A DNA stretch of 64,000 nt from the human T2T-CHM13v2.0 reference genome, Homo sapiens. The notes under the pieces were generated by a model. It saw only the letters and a program-made list of their open reading frames with translations, did not search any database and had not been told where the DNA came from. The translations under genes and the position numbers were made by a program. The stretch is taken from assembly GCF_009914755.1 (NCBI RefSeq), contig NC_060928.1; one strand, written 5' to 3'. Shown here in pieces: positions 1 to 12,694 of this stretch. Position 1 is the first letter of the stretch. Each line of letters opens with the position of its first letter.

Positions 1-404
1 CTGAACAATATAATGTCACAAAACGGTGGTGTTTAAAGTGGGATTCTCCAAGAGTTAATATTGGCCTAAAATAATTTGACATAGAATGATAATATTACAT
101 TTTTATACTTAATTTTAAAGAACAGTTCTCCGCCGTTTTGGTAGTAAACTTCTGAATTTTACAATCTGTACCAAAATGTTCAAATACATACTGATATATT
201 TACTATGTAATGTCTTTAGAGAAAAATTATTACATTTAAAAGAATTGCATTATATAATCCTTAATCACTTTCCTTAATGACCCATCTACTCCAAAACAAC
301 TAATAATATAATTTTAATAGTTCTTAAACTAGTTTCCTGAAAGTCAACTTCTTTCATAGAATTTAATAGTGTGTTGAACATCAGTTCCTCTTGACATAGA
401 ATTT

Positions 405-625
405 TGTATGAGAAAGACTTGATTTCAAATTCATTCTCTATAAATTACATGCTTAAGGATGGTAATTTCATTTTTTGAGCTTCCCATTGGTTATCTTAAT
501 ATTGGAAATAATAATAAAATCCAAATAACATGGTTGGTAAAGAAGTTTGTTTAAATAATAACTGTAAGGCACTTAGCTTGGTGCTTGGAAGAGAAGAAGC
601 ATTCAAAAATTATTTATTACCATTA
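405..625 (+). mobile_element. MIR SINE (degenerate)
   Basis: 3' part TGTAAGGCACTTAGCTTGGTGCTTGG...CATTCAAAAATTATTTATTA resembles the MIR 3' end; boundaries approximate. Confidence 0.65.
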
Positions 626-2597
626 TTAAGGATAATTATTAGCAAGGCACTCAAACTTGATAGATTATTCTGGAGAGAATATATTTTTCTATTAAATTTG
701 TATCTAAATCTAAGTATTTGGCTAAATTTTCAGAAAGTATACTCAAAGCCTTATACTATACTATATAGCTCAGAGCAGTTACTTTTTTCAATTTATCTAT
801 CATTTATTTTCAAAAATGAATTAGTGTTTTGTCAACTAATAAATTTTAGTAATTTACAGCAGAACTACAATGACTTAATTCATTCTTATTTCTCTTTTAT
901 ATATTAAATTGTATTTTTATTGCGAAATATTTTTAAAATATGTTCAAATATCTCCTTTTAGCAATATGCAGAAAAATAAGAAAATTGACCTATAATCCAA
1001 AACACCAATTATTGTCTTTCTCCTTCTATTTCACGTACTTTTCCTTGTACATACTCATTTTCAGACTTTTCTAATGCAACATTAGAAATAAAATTTGATA
1101 AGTATCTAAAATAAATATAAGAGATGGATTAAATTTTCCAAATCCAGGTTAAAAAAAGATAATGATAAATAAATTGGAGCATTGAATGTTTTGTGGTGTG
1201 ACACATATAGCAAGTAAGCAATGCATAAACTAGAAAGAAAATTTAGTTTTATTTAATCATTTTGTCATACTTAGAGCTGCTCATTTACCCCCCTGCAAAA
1301 AAAAAAAAAAAATCATGAAAAAGGAAGTCAGCTAATATAGGTGCAAATTTCTTGGGACTGACAAGACTGGCCTAAGGTCAAATGCATATTGTTAGGATAG
1401 CAGAAAGGGACAGAGGAGGAAACAGCAACAACAACAACTTCAAGTGTTCAATTCTATTAGACTTGGAAGAATACAAGAGTGAGAAGAGAGAGTGAAAGAG
1501 ATTAACTGAGTTGGCTATTGTTTGTGTCTTAATAGCACAAGGGTAAATTAAAAGAAAGATAATGAGATATCTAATCGAAAAGTGGACCTTTTGAAAAACA
1601 CTAATAAATCATGGGAGGACTATAGCTTTTAAATATATTATTATAATTAGATCTAGTAACCAAAATGACATTTTATTTTTAAACTTTCTCTTCATCTGCC
1701 TCAAAGATGAGAGTATGTATTTATCACATTAGTAGTTTTTAAATGTTCAGATTATGTTTTCTTATATTTTACTATCTTCTAAGTCAAATAAGTAGTTACA
1801 AAATAAGATAATATCTGAGAAATTTTTTGCAAATCATGACATAAGCCATTACTATGGTTATTCAGGTATTTTTTCTTTAAAACATCTTCCTTATCTTCTA
1901 TGGCCTATCTTTTGATATGTAAACTGATATAACATTTTTCAGAAAGAATTTTTGCGCAGGTATAGTGTTGGTAGTTTAAGTAGGGTTCCTCATGTATCAT
2001 GAGTGCTATTTTCAATAGATATATAAAAAAAGTGACAGGAAATTTAGCTCAAAACAATGCTAACTACAAGAAATAACCTTGTACTCAGTATCTTTCCCAT
2101 GCTTCAACCACTCACCGCTGGCATTCCTGCCCCCATCAATAACCTGAGTTAATGTGAATCTGAGACCATCATACCTGAGTGGAGATAGAGGGGAAAAAAC
2201 ATATGGTGTTGGATGGCTTGTGATTTTACTTTGTCACTCAAGCTGTTATGTGAGTTACTAATTTGTTGTGATGATTGTTTCTGTAAATTTAAATTTATTT
2301 TCATGGTATGCTTTTATTTATCTTAAAAATTATATCACCTTGGTCCAGTTGGTATTTTTTCCATACTGTATTGTTTCATTTTTTAACATATTGTTTATAC
2401 TGCCTTAGAATAAATTCCCTCATCAGCAGATTGTTGTCAAAAATAATTTGTGGGCTCTTTTTAACACATTTTATATCATTAAGATATAATATTAAGTCCT
2501 ATATTTCTTATCACTTCCATCTTGCATCACAGTTAGAAGGATAGAAGGAAACAACAAGTTAAAGAGACACTAGTGCATGAACCTCTGGAAACTCACA

Positions 2598-2598
<1 letters not shown>

Positions 2599-2638
<40 letters not shown>
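2599..2638. repeat. (CA)20 microsatellite
   Basis: Perfect CA run seen directly. Confidence 0.98.
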
Positions 2639-2639
<1 letters not shown>

Positions 2640-2769
2640 CGAAACAACAGAGGAAAACTCTTGGGAACATAATTCAATTACAGACTTAAATAGTCCATAT
2701 TTTTAAAGTTGCCTTGACTCAAAAATATATAACAGAGATACAGAAAGGCAATGAGATTAACTGAGGGTG

Positions 2770-3005
2770 AATGGGGTTCATGCTTCTACAGGACAGAGAA
2801 ATAATCTAGATCTATACTTATGGATGTCACAAGCTCACCTACTGTAGGACTTTTGTAAATTTTATATTTTCTTTGTAACTTGTTTGTGTTATCTACAAAA
2901 GTAAAGTAATAATAACAAATAATGCTCTAGGAAAGGATCCAATAAGTTTTTGTAGGTAAACCATTTGCACAATATTGTACACATTAAATACAAATACTTA
3001 AAATA
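2770..3005 (+). mobile_element. MIR SINE (highly degenerate)
   Basis: Core-like TTATCTACAAAAGTAAAGTAATAATAAC followed by a MIR-like 3' end. Confidence 0.45.
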
Positions 3006-3119
3006 ATGAGAAACTTTATAAAGCTCTCATGCATTGCAATTGTTTAGTCTTCTAACAGTATGTAATAGTCCATTATTTCTTGCTTGTAACAGTCTATTAT
3101 TTCTTGTTTATTTATTCAT

Positions 3120-3860
3120 CTGTTTGTTCATCGCCTTGATTTAAATATAAATTTCATTAGACATGTACCTATCTCATTCCCTATTTTATTTCCGGTGCCT
3201 GGTACAATATGTTGCTTCAATGGAGTATTGAGAAATGACAGAAAGATGACTGCATGATTGTTAGATTAAAAGAGCAAAGTGATGGAAAATTAGATGAAGT
3301 TGTAGCACTGAGAGTAAAAATGCATTTTAAAAATATTAACAAATGCTTTGAGGTAAGATGATTAAACAAAAAGAAAACTTGGTGACTGATTTGATATTAT
3401 CGCCAAAGTGAACAAACGAGGCAAAATATAAATGGCTTCAGTGACATGAGAAATGGCTGCAACATTGAAAGAGAAGGGGAAGTTCAAAGAGAAGCAAATC
3501 AGAAGGATACAAAATAGAATGTTTTAGATTACATTTTTAAGAGACACCTAAATAAAAAATGTTATATGAGAAGTTGCTAATAAGTAATTTAACTGAGGTC
3601 AAGATTAATAACAGAAAGGCAAATGTGGATGTCAAAAAATAATAAAGCAGAAGAATGGTAGTTATGGCTGGAAAGATAAGCTAATATCTGACCAATTAAA
3701 ATCCTGTTTAAGAGTTTTGGAATATCTTCTAAGAGCAATCTAAAGTCCCTGTAGGATTTTAAATAAGAACGTTGAAAGACCATTTTGTATTTTTTGAAAG
3801 GGTGCTCTGAGTACAATGATAAAAATAGGTAAGAATTGATATGGACAAACTGGTAGGAAA
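3120..3860. mobile_element. L2 LINE fragments (3' tail on + at ~3120-3260; antisense pieces ~3270-3860)
   Basis: GGTGCCTGGTACAATATGTTGCTTCAAT tail motif, then purine-rich sequence typical of antisense L2. Confidence 0.5.
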
Positions 3861-5119
3861 GTATTTCTTTGGCAATTGATAAGTAAAATAAAAAGAATGA
3901 AAGATTAAAACAGTGAAAAATTGGAGTAAGGTTTTACTTATATATATGTATATAACAATGATGGTATATTTTATGTTTTAAAGGTAACTTCAGTTGACAA
4001 ATTCAGCACACTAATATATTCTTTATTAACAAAATAAATTGTGATATTTTGTGGTCTCATTAGTGCCATTAATGAAAAAATTTTGAAGCAATCTTATTAT
4101 GAAAGATTTAAATCAAATTTTTAACAATGTTCAGTTTTTAGAAAGCATTTAACGATATTATATAAGAGTTAGTAATGTAAGCTTAAGATGCCTATCCTTA
4201 TTAAAAAAATGTTCCATTGTGCATAACAGAAGGCTTTGCAGAGCACTGACTTTGCACATTACTAATGTTAAGATTGTGAAAACTTTTAAATATGAAGATA
4301 AATAACCATAACTTTCAGGACATTAATATGCATTAGACATTCAAACAATATATCTTGTTAAAATGTGATTAATTTTACCATACTCATGACTTTTAAAGCA
4401 CAAGCATTATTGAAATTAATTTTGTCTTGAGAGAGCAAGTGTTCAATGAATCTGATGGTGTACTTATAATTTCAATTTCCGGATGGCATACTGAAATTTT
4501 AGCATTTATGATATTCCAAATATTGGGCTAGGTTAGCTATTTTTCTATAATTGAATTCATTTTGTTTTTAAAAAACTCCATATTATAACAATTCGTTTGA
4601 AAATGAAGGAATATATAAAGCATTGGGAAATGCTTTATACATATAAATATAAATATTATATATATTTATAATTAATATATTATATAATAATGACAATAAA
4701 TCAATACATTATCTTCCCTGGTAAAGAAACTTTCATAATGGAAAAACAACCTTGATAAAGAGCTCCACAAACCTGCAGTGCAAAAATGCCTCCCAGCATA
4801 TTAAACTGAGTAATGAGAAATTATTTCTATTTATTTATTTGTAATAGTTAATCATATTACAAAATTATACTAGGTGCATGGTGAAATAACCTATCTATAA
4901 AAATATGAAAACTAAAATTAAAAGACGTTTTCTCATCAGACACCAGTTTTCCAGACTATTAAGTGTGAAAAGTTTATTGTATGTTTTGTAGAAGCATATG
5001 TGAATGTAATTTTTTATAAAATAATATTTGTGTATATATATATATATATATATATTATCCTGAAACATGAATTACTAACTTAACAATATACTTCCTATAT
5101 GTTTATTCATCACTAAATA

Positions 5120-5830
5120 TAGATGGTCCTTTATTTATGATGGGGCTAACATCCCAATAAAACCATAATAAGTTGAAAATATTGAAGTCAAAAAATGCAT
5201 TTAATATGCCTAACCTACTGAACGTTATAGCTTAGCCTATCCTGCATTTAACATGCTTAGAATACATACATTAACCTACAGGTGGGCAAAGTTATCTAAC
5301 ACAAAGCTAATTTTATAATAAAGTGTTGACTATCTCAAGCAATTTTAAGGTAACAGTAGCCTCCCCTTATCTACTGTTTGCATTCCACGATTTCAGTTAC
5401 CTATGGTCAACCACGGACTCAAAATAGGTAAATACAGTACAATAAGATATTTTGAGAAAGTGAGACAGGCCATATTAATATGACTTTTATTACAGGATAT
5501 TTTTATATTTTTTCTATTTTATTATTAACTATTGTTAATCTCTTAGTGTGCCTAATTTGTAAATTAAACTTTATCATAGTTATTTATGTATGTACCGGTG
5601 AAAACCTGTTATACACATAGGGTTTGGAGCTATCTGTGGTTTCAAGCTTCCATGGGGGTTATTGGAGATTTTATCCCATGGATAAAGAGGAAGTGCTGTA
5701 CTATTTTAAAAGTGAATATTAGCATGATTTCAAAGGTACCTGAAGTATGGTTTCTACTGAATGCATATCACTTTTGCACCATTGTAAAACTGAAAAATTT
5801 TGTCAAATTATGGTACGTTGAGGACCGCTT
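5120..5830 (+). mobile_element. MER47A (Tigger-derived MITE), interrupted by MER44A
   Basis: AGATGGTCCT...ATGATGGGG...CCTAACCTACTGAAC...AGCTTAGCCTA; resumes at ~5699 with GAAGTATGGTTTCTACTGAATGCATATCACTTTTGCACC...GAGGACCG. Confidence 0.85.
5354..5698 (+). mobile_element. MER44A (Tigger7-derived MITE) nested in MER47A
   Basis: TIRs CAGTAGCCTCCCCTTATC ... GGATAAAGAGGAAGTGCTG followed by TA; internal ACAGTACAATAAGATATTTTGAG. Confidence 0.85.
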
Positions 5831-5884
5831 ATAAATATTTACTACTACTATTTTAATAACTGTGTAATGTTCTAATAAAAATGT

Positions 5885-6430
<546 letters not shown>

Positions 6431-6629
6431 AAAAAAAAAAAAAGTAAATGGATAGATGAATAGAGCATATATCTAGCTTAGAACAGAGCGTATTGGGGAA
6501 AATGACATACTTCTGAAAGAATTTATATGAAAATGAAAATGGACAAGAAAAACAAAATGATTTCAAATTTCAAAAATGGAAAGGCGTAACCTAGTGGATA
6601 GCAAAACACATTTAAAATTACAGTAATTT

Positions 6630-6947
<318 letters not shown>

Positions 6948-6954
6948 TTAACCA

Positions 6955-7268
6955 CAGTTAAAAATCCACATGTAACTATTGACTCTCCCCAAATGTAGCT
7001 ACTAATAGCCTACTGCTGACCAGAAAAGTGTTACAAATAACATAAACATTTGGTTACCACATATTTTCTATGTTATATGTATTATATACTGTGTTCTTAC
7101 AATGAAGTAACCTATAGAAAGATAATGCTATTAAGAAAATCATAAAGAAGAGGAAATATATTTACTACTAATTAAGTGGAAGTGGATCATCATAAAAGCA
7201 CTCATTCATCTTCAGGTTGAGCTGAAGTCATCTTCGGGTTGAGCAGGCCAAGAGGAAGAGAAAGGGTC
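6955..7268 (-). mobile_element. Tigger2a-like DNA transposon fragment
   Basis: CTACTAATAGCCTACTGCTGACC...ATTAAGAAAATCATAAAGAAGAG...AAGTGGAAGTGGATCATCATAAA. Confidence 0.8.
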
Positions 7269-7269
7269 A

Positions 7270-7630
7270 CATGGAGAAGCACCAGAATCTGTCAGGAGGT
7301 AGAAAGTGTGAGGGTAACAGCTTTTATTGTGGTTTCCATGGAAAAGACAAGGCAAGGCAGAGTGAACAGACTTATAGTTAGAGAGTTTGAATAATTTCAG
7401 CAGGCTCTCAGGTAGACAGGCTATCTCTAGTTGTATTGTACCTGGCCCTAGGATGATTAGAGCAGAGAAATATTGCCTCCTGGGGTGTATAGGTAAGATA
7501 GATAGAGGTGTTTCAGAGTATGGTCTCTGAATTGTTTATAACTCCAGGGGGAGTTATTTCCTATCTTTAATAATTGGCTAGCCCAGGAATGGGCAGTCTC
7601 TCCTCTCTCACCAAGACAAGAAAGCACTGA
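7270..7630 (-). mobile_element. ERVL-type LTR fragment (MER76-like)
   Basis: TTTATTGTGGTTTCCATGG...TTTGAATAATTTCAGCAGGCTCT...GTACCTGGCCCTAGGATGATTAGAGCAG. Confidence 0.65.
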
Positions 7631-7699
7631 GAATACAAACATTGAGAGTATATTGATGAAGTGAGAATATATTTGAGAATATAGTTTATGCAATGGCTT

Positions 7700-8015
7700 A
7701 TTAGCTCTATAAGGTAGGTTTTTTGTTGTTGATTATTTGGGATTTCTAAAATAGGCAATCATATAATGTGTAAACAAAGATAGTTTTACTTCTTCCTTCT
7801 GATTCTGTATTTCTCCCATTTCCTTTTATTGTCTTATTACATTATCTAGGACTTTCAGTATGATATTGAATAGGAATGAGGAAAGAAGACATCCTTGCCT
7901 TGCTCCTGACCTTAGTGAGGAAGCAATTAGCTTCTCAACATTACATCTGATTTTAGCTCTGGGATCAGTAGATTCTTAAACATCAAATTGATAAATGTTC
8001 TTCTATTTCTAGTTA
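7700..8015 (-). mobile_element. Old L1 (L1M) ORF2 RT-region fragment
   Basis: AGATAGTTTTACTTCTTCC...TAGGACTTTCAGTATGATATTGAATAGG...GACATCCTTGCCTTG. Confidence 0.85.
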
Positions 8016-8069
8016 GGTTTGTCTATTTAATAGGTAACACTGTATTAATTAAATATCCATAATTAAGAA

Positions 8070-9060
8070 AATAAATTTTGACCCAGAAATTTCACTAAAC
8101 ACAGCTGTTAGTTCCAGATAAATCATAGACCAAAAGAATGAAGATTCCAGAAATAAGGAAGAATGTTTTCATGAGATTTATGTTAGAAAATTTCTTAAAC
8201 AAAACACCACTGTAAAAAAAAATTGACAATTTGGATTACATTAAAGTCCACAAGTTTTGTATATTAAAAGAAATGACTCCAAAATAGGAAAGGCTGTAAG
8301 CAGTGGCTCACTCAAGCCTGTAATCTCAGAATTTTGGGAGGCTGTGGCAGAAAGATCACTTGAGTCCAGTAGTTTGAGGTCAACCTAGGCAAAATGGTGA
8401 TACCTTATCTCTACAAATAAAAAATAAAAATAAAAGTGAACTAGGTGTGGTGGTGCGCCCCTATATCCCTAATGCTCTGGAGGCTGAGGTGAGAGGATGG
8501 CTGGAGCCCGGGAAACCAAGGCTGCAGTGAGCCATGATCATGTCACAGCACTCCATCCTGGGGGACAGAATGAGACTACATCTCAAAAGAAATAAAAAAA
8601 GAGGAAAGTGAAGTCATTGTATGGGATACACAGTTTTCAAAATATTTATTTGGCAATAGACTGGGACATATAATCTATAAATAACTGTCACACTTCCTTT
8701 AGAATAAACAGGCAATCTCTGCCCTCTCATAGGCAAATGATTGAAAATGCACTTCCCAACAGAATACATTTAAATGGGTAGAAGACTATTAAACTTGTTC
8801 TGAAAATCATATTATCATAAGGAAAATGTAAATCAAGACAGATCGAGAAAATGAACTGGCAATAGAAGCCTAAAAAATTAACAATACAAATAAAAACATG
8901 GCAATATCATGTGTTGACTAAGGTATGTAGCAAGAATAATTCACTTATCTCACTATTCTGATCACAATAGAACCTTTAATTCAACAATTTGCTGCTAAGT
9001 GTATATCTAACAGGACTGCTGACATGTGAGCACCAAAGTACACTTTAATCAGGAGAATGT
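8070..9060 (+). mobile_element. L1ME-type 3' ORF2 fragment interrupted by AluJ
   Basis: AAAAATTGACAATTTGGATTACATTAAAG; GGCAAATGATTGAAAATGCACTTC; GGAAAATGTAAATCAAGAC. Confidence 0.65.
8292..8600 (+). mobile_element. AluJ
   Basis: AluJ diagnostics GATCACTTGAGTCCAG and CAAGGCTGCAGTGAGCCATGATCATG; A-rich tail. Confidence 0.93.
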
Positions 9061-10869
9061 ATACTGTATGATTGTCTAGGTATTATATTTTAAAACGGGC
9101 CCAATTAAAAGGCTGTTTATGTGCCTTCCCATATTTATCTTTCCTAACTTAAAATTGGATGCAAAATTTTGCTCAAAGAAGATATACAGAAGAGCTTCAT
9201 CTATTCTGCCTCTTCATATGGCCAACTTAGGTTTGAGTGCATACATGAAATTTGACGAGAAACGCTGGGTACCAAAACAAGGTACTACAGAGTAATTAAT
9301 GCCCCATGGGAAGAACTGAGATCAATGAGAAATAGGAAAATTAAAGGATAAAAAGATAACTTCCTTTTTCTTTTTCAAATAGTAGACATTTCTATCTTGC
9401 ACATAATTCCACATACCTTGTGGAAAAGGCACAAGTGTACAAGAACAAGCTGTGCTTTTTGTAGTGTTAGCCAGCCAAGTAAGACACTACCTTTATCTGA
9501 CTTTCCTATCTCTCTGGCTACTTTTGCTTTCCTCCTGTTATTTTGGCATCCTGAATTACAAATTTTCAGTAAGGCATAATCACGTAATATTTGTTTGTTA
9601 TTCTGTTTGATAGAGAACATGGGATAAGAAAATAGGTGAAGAAAAAAAAGAAATGTGTTACTATTAACTAAATCTCAATTTCTATACATAACATTTCTAC
9701 CATTAGGTATAAGCTTTTTAATACATGTGGAGATAAAGCTAGAGGGATAAATAGATTGGCATAAACTGGGGGGAGGTGATAATAAATTGAGAGATAAAGA
9801 CAAGCTATTTTTCATGAAATGTGATCAATTATGAACTTACTTTAATAATTTATTAACATTATTATTTGTATTTGAATTTAGCACATTGAAATAATTAAAG
9901 TAGCATTAAAGAATTTTAAAAGTTAGGTGAATTTTTCTACCTGACAATTATAATATTTCTTATAATATCCCTATAGAGTTATAAAACAAAGATTATGAGA
10001 AGCATGAAGGTTTTAGATTTATTATAAAACTTCTATAAATAAATATAATAAATAATTTATTATAAAATAGATAATAAAAGACTTTTTGTACCTTCTCTTT
10101 AAATTTGAAAATAAGTTATTTCTAAAATAGAGTTGGAATAGTTGCTATGGAAATGATACGAATAATATAAATAATTCCATTATAGATTATTTTCTATATT
10201 GCAGAACATAAAATATTTTTCTACTTTTTCATAATTTTACTTCTATATGAAATCATATTGCATTTTCCTATTCCCCTTGCATAACATTTGCACATCAACC
10301 ACTTGTAAAAATTTTCACCAACTCAATTTAGTTTCTACTCGGTCATGTATAATCTGGCACCCCACCAAACTGTACCACCATTTCTTATACTTCTCTTTTG
10401 CATGAATGGAGCTTACCAAAAATTTCTCTCTCATTCACTTTTGCAGACATCATTATTATGTTACGCAGTTTGTGTGTTGCGTTTTTTGTAAATCTAATGT
10501 TATTATTTCATTTACTTATGTTAGCCGGTGTTTATTTCATGTCATGTTTTTTGATTTTGAGGAAATGGTAAAAACTGTCAGAAAGAATTGAATTTTGTTT
10601 CCAAAGCTAACAGTACACTTTATTTGAAGCAGAAGCTACTTTATTACAAGTAAACTTGCTGTTTTTGCAAGTTAAGTTAGGGGCATTAATGCATTTGGGA
10701 GGATATATGTCAAGGTTTCTGAGAAAAATAAAATGAGTGTCAGAGTACCGTGTCAACGCAAACTATCACACACACAAAAAGCACTACTGCTTCTATAAAA
10801 TATCATTTTTGAGATTCGTATAGAATAAAGTGTTACGGTTACCCATGAACATTAGAAAAAAAGAAAATA

Positions 10870-11192
<323 letters not shown>

Positions 11193-11715
11193 TTATTATG
11201 CCCAATTCATTAAACAGGTTTTACTTTACTAATTCTTAATAGATTAGCTGCCTATTTAATACCTGGAATTTTCTACTAAAAATAAATAATGACCTTGCAA
11301 CATACATATGCTGAATATATTCTGACAAAAAAATTTAATGGTTCATTACTCTATTGACTCTAGTGATAATAAATTCCTGGCATTTGCCAAACAAGTTTTT
11401 TTTTTTTTTCTGTGTTTCTGTGGAGAATAACATTATGTCCTCTCCAGCACACATGAAGTGAGACAATTCAGTTGTCATCAATTTCTTGTAATAGATAAGT
11501 CACTTTTTCCTAAGAAATGACAAACTGTAGTTCAATATACTCTCATGCTAAAGGTTCATTGCTCAAAGTACAGGCTTGATTTAACCTTTGGGAATCAGTG
11601 ATGGAATAGGCCTTCCTTCAGAATTTTCTGCAAGTTAAATGAAAAGTCTCAGAACTGAAATGTTATTGAAACATGCTCAAACTTTAAAGACACATTTCAA
11701 AATCTCTTTTCATGC

Positions 11716-12500
11716 TGCTATGTCAGAGCTGTTTAGTTTAATTAGATCCTATTTGTCTATTTTGGCTTTTGTTGCCATTGCTTTTGGTGTTTTAGTCATA
11801 AAGTCCTTGCCCATGCCTATGTCCCGAATGGTATTGCCTAGGTTTTCTTCTAGGGTTTTTATGGTTTTAGGTCTAACATTTAAATCTTTAATCCATCTTG
11901 AATTAACTTTTGTATAAGGTGTAAAGAAGGGATCCAGTTTCAGCTTTCCACATATGGCTAGCCAGTTTTCCCAGCACCATTTATTAAATAGGGAATCCTT
12001 TCCCAATTTCTTATTTTTGTCAGGTTTTTCAACAATCAGATGGTTGTAGATGTGTGGCATTATTTCTGAGGCCTCTGCTCTGTTCCATTGGTCTATATCT
12101 CTGTTTTGGTACTAGTACCATGCTGTTTTGGGTCTAGTACCATGCTGTTTTGGTTACTGTAGCCTTGTAGTATAATTTAAAGTCAGGTAGTGTGATGCCT
12201 CTAGCTTTGTTCTTTTTGCTTAGTATTGTCTTGGAAATGTGGGCTGTTGCTACAAAGAGAATGAAATACCTAGGAATCCACCTTACAAGGGATGTGAAGG
12301 ACCTTTTTAGGGAGAACTACAAACTACTGCTCAACAAAATAAAAGAGGACACAAACAAATGGAAGAATATTCCATGCTCATGGATAGGAAGAATCAATAT
12401 CGTGAAAATGGCCATACTACCCAACATAATTTAAAGATTCAATGCCATCCCCATCAAGCTACAAATGACTTTCTTCACAGAATCAGAAAAACTACATTAC
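11716..12500 (-). mobile_element. L1PA (PA5-like) ORF2 fragment with 5' inversion and no poly(A) tail
   Basis: 11716-12245 is antisense ORF2 ([11 protein letters not shown]...[11 protein letters not shown]); 12246-~12500 is the sense ORF2 segment lying just upstream in L1 coordinates ([14 protein letters not shown]...[14 protein letters not shown]). Confidence 0.95.
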
Positions 12501-12621
12501 TTTCATTATTCTAACCATAGTAAGACCATCGAATATAAAACAGATGAATTCATATAAACTTTTAAATCCATTGAGAAGGTACATCACACCAAAGAGACTC
12601 TTATGATGGCTGTTAGGAGGA

Positions 12622-12692
12622 TAACAGACTGAGACTCCATCTCAATATAAGAATAAATAAATGAATAAATAATAAATAACAATAATAAAATA
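12622..12692 (+). mobile_element. Alu 3'-terminal stub with A-rich tail
   Basis: AACAGACTGAGACTCCATCTCAA followed by an (AATAA)n tail; no Alu body. Confidence 0.7.
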
Positions 12693-12694
12693 AC

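Noticed and set aside
530-907. 125-aa ORF
   Set aside because: Overlaps a MIR, has AT-biased composition and no recognisable homology
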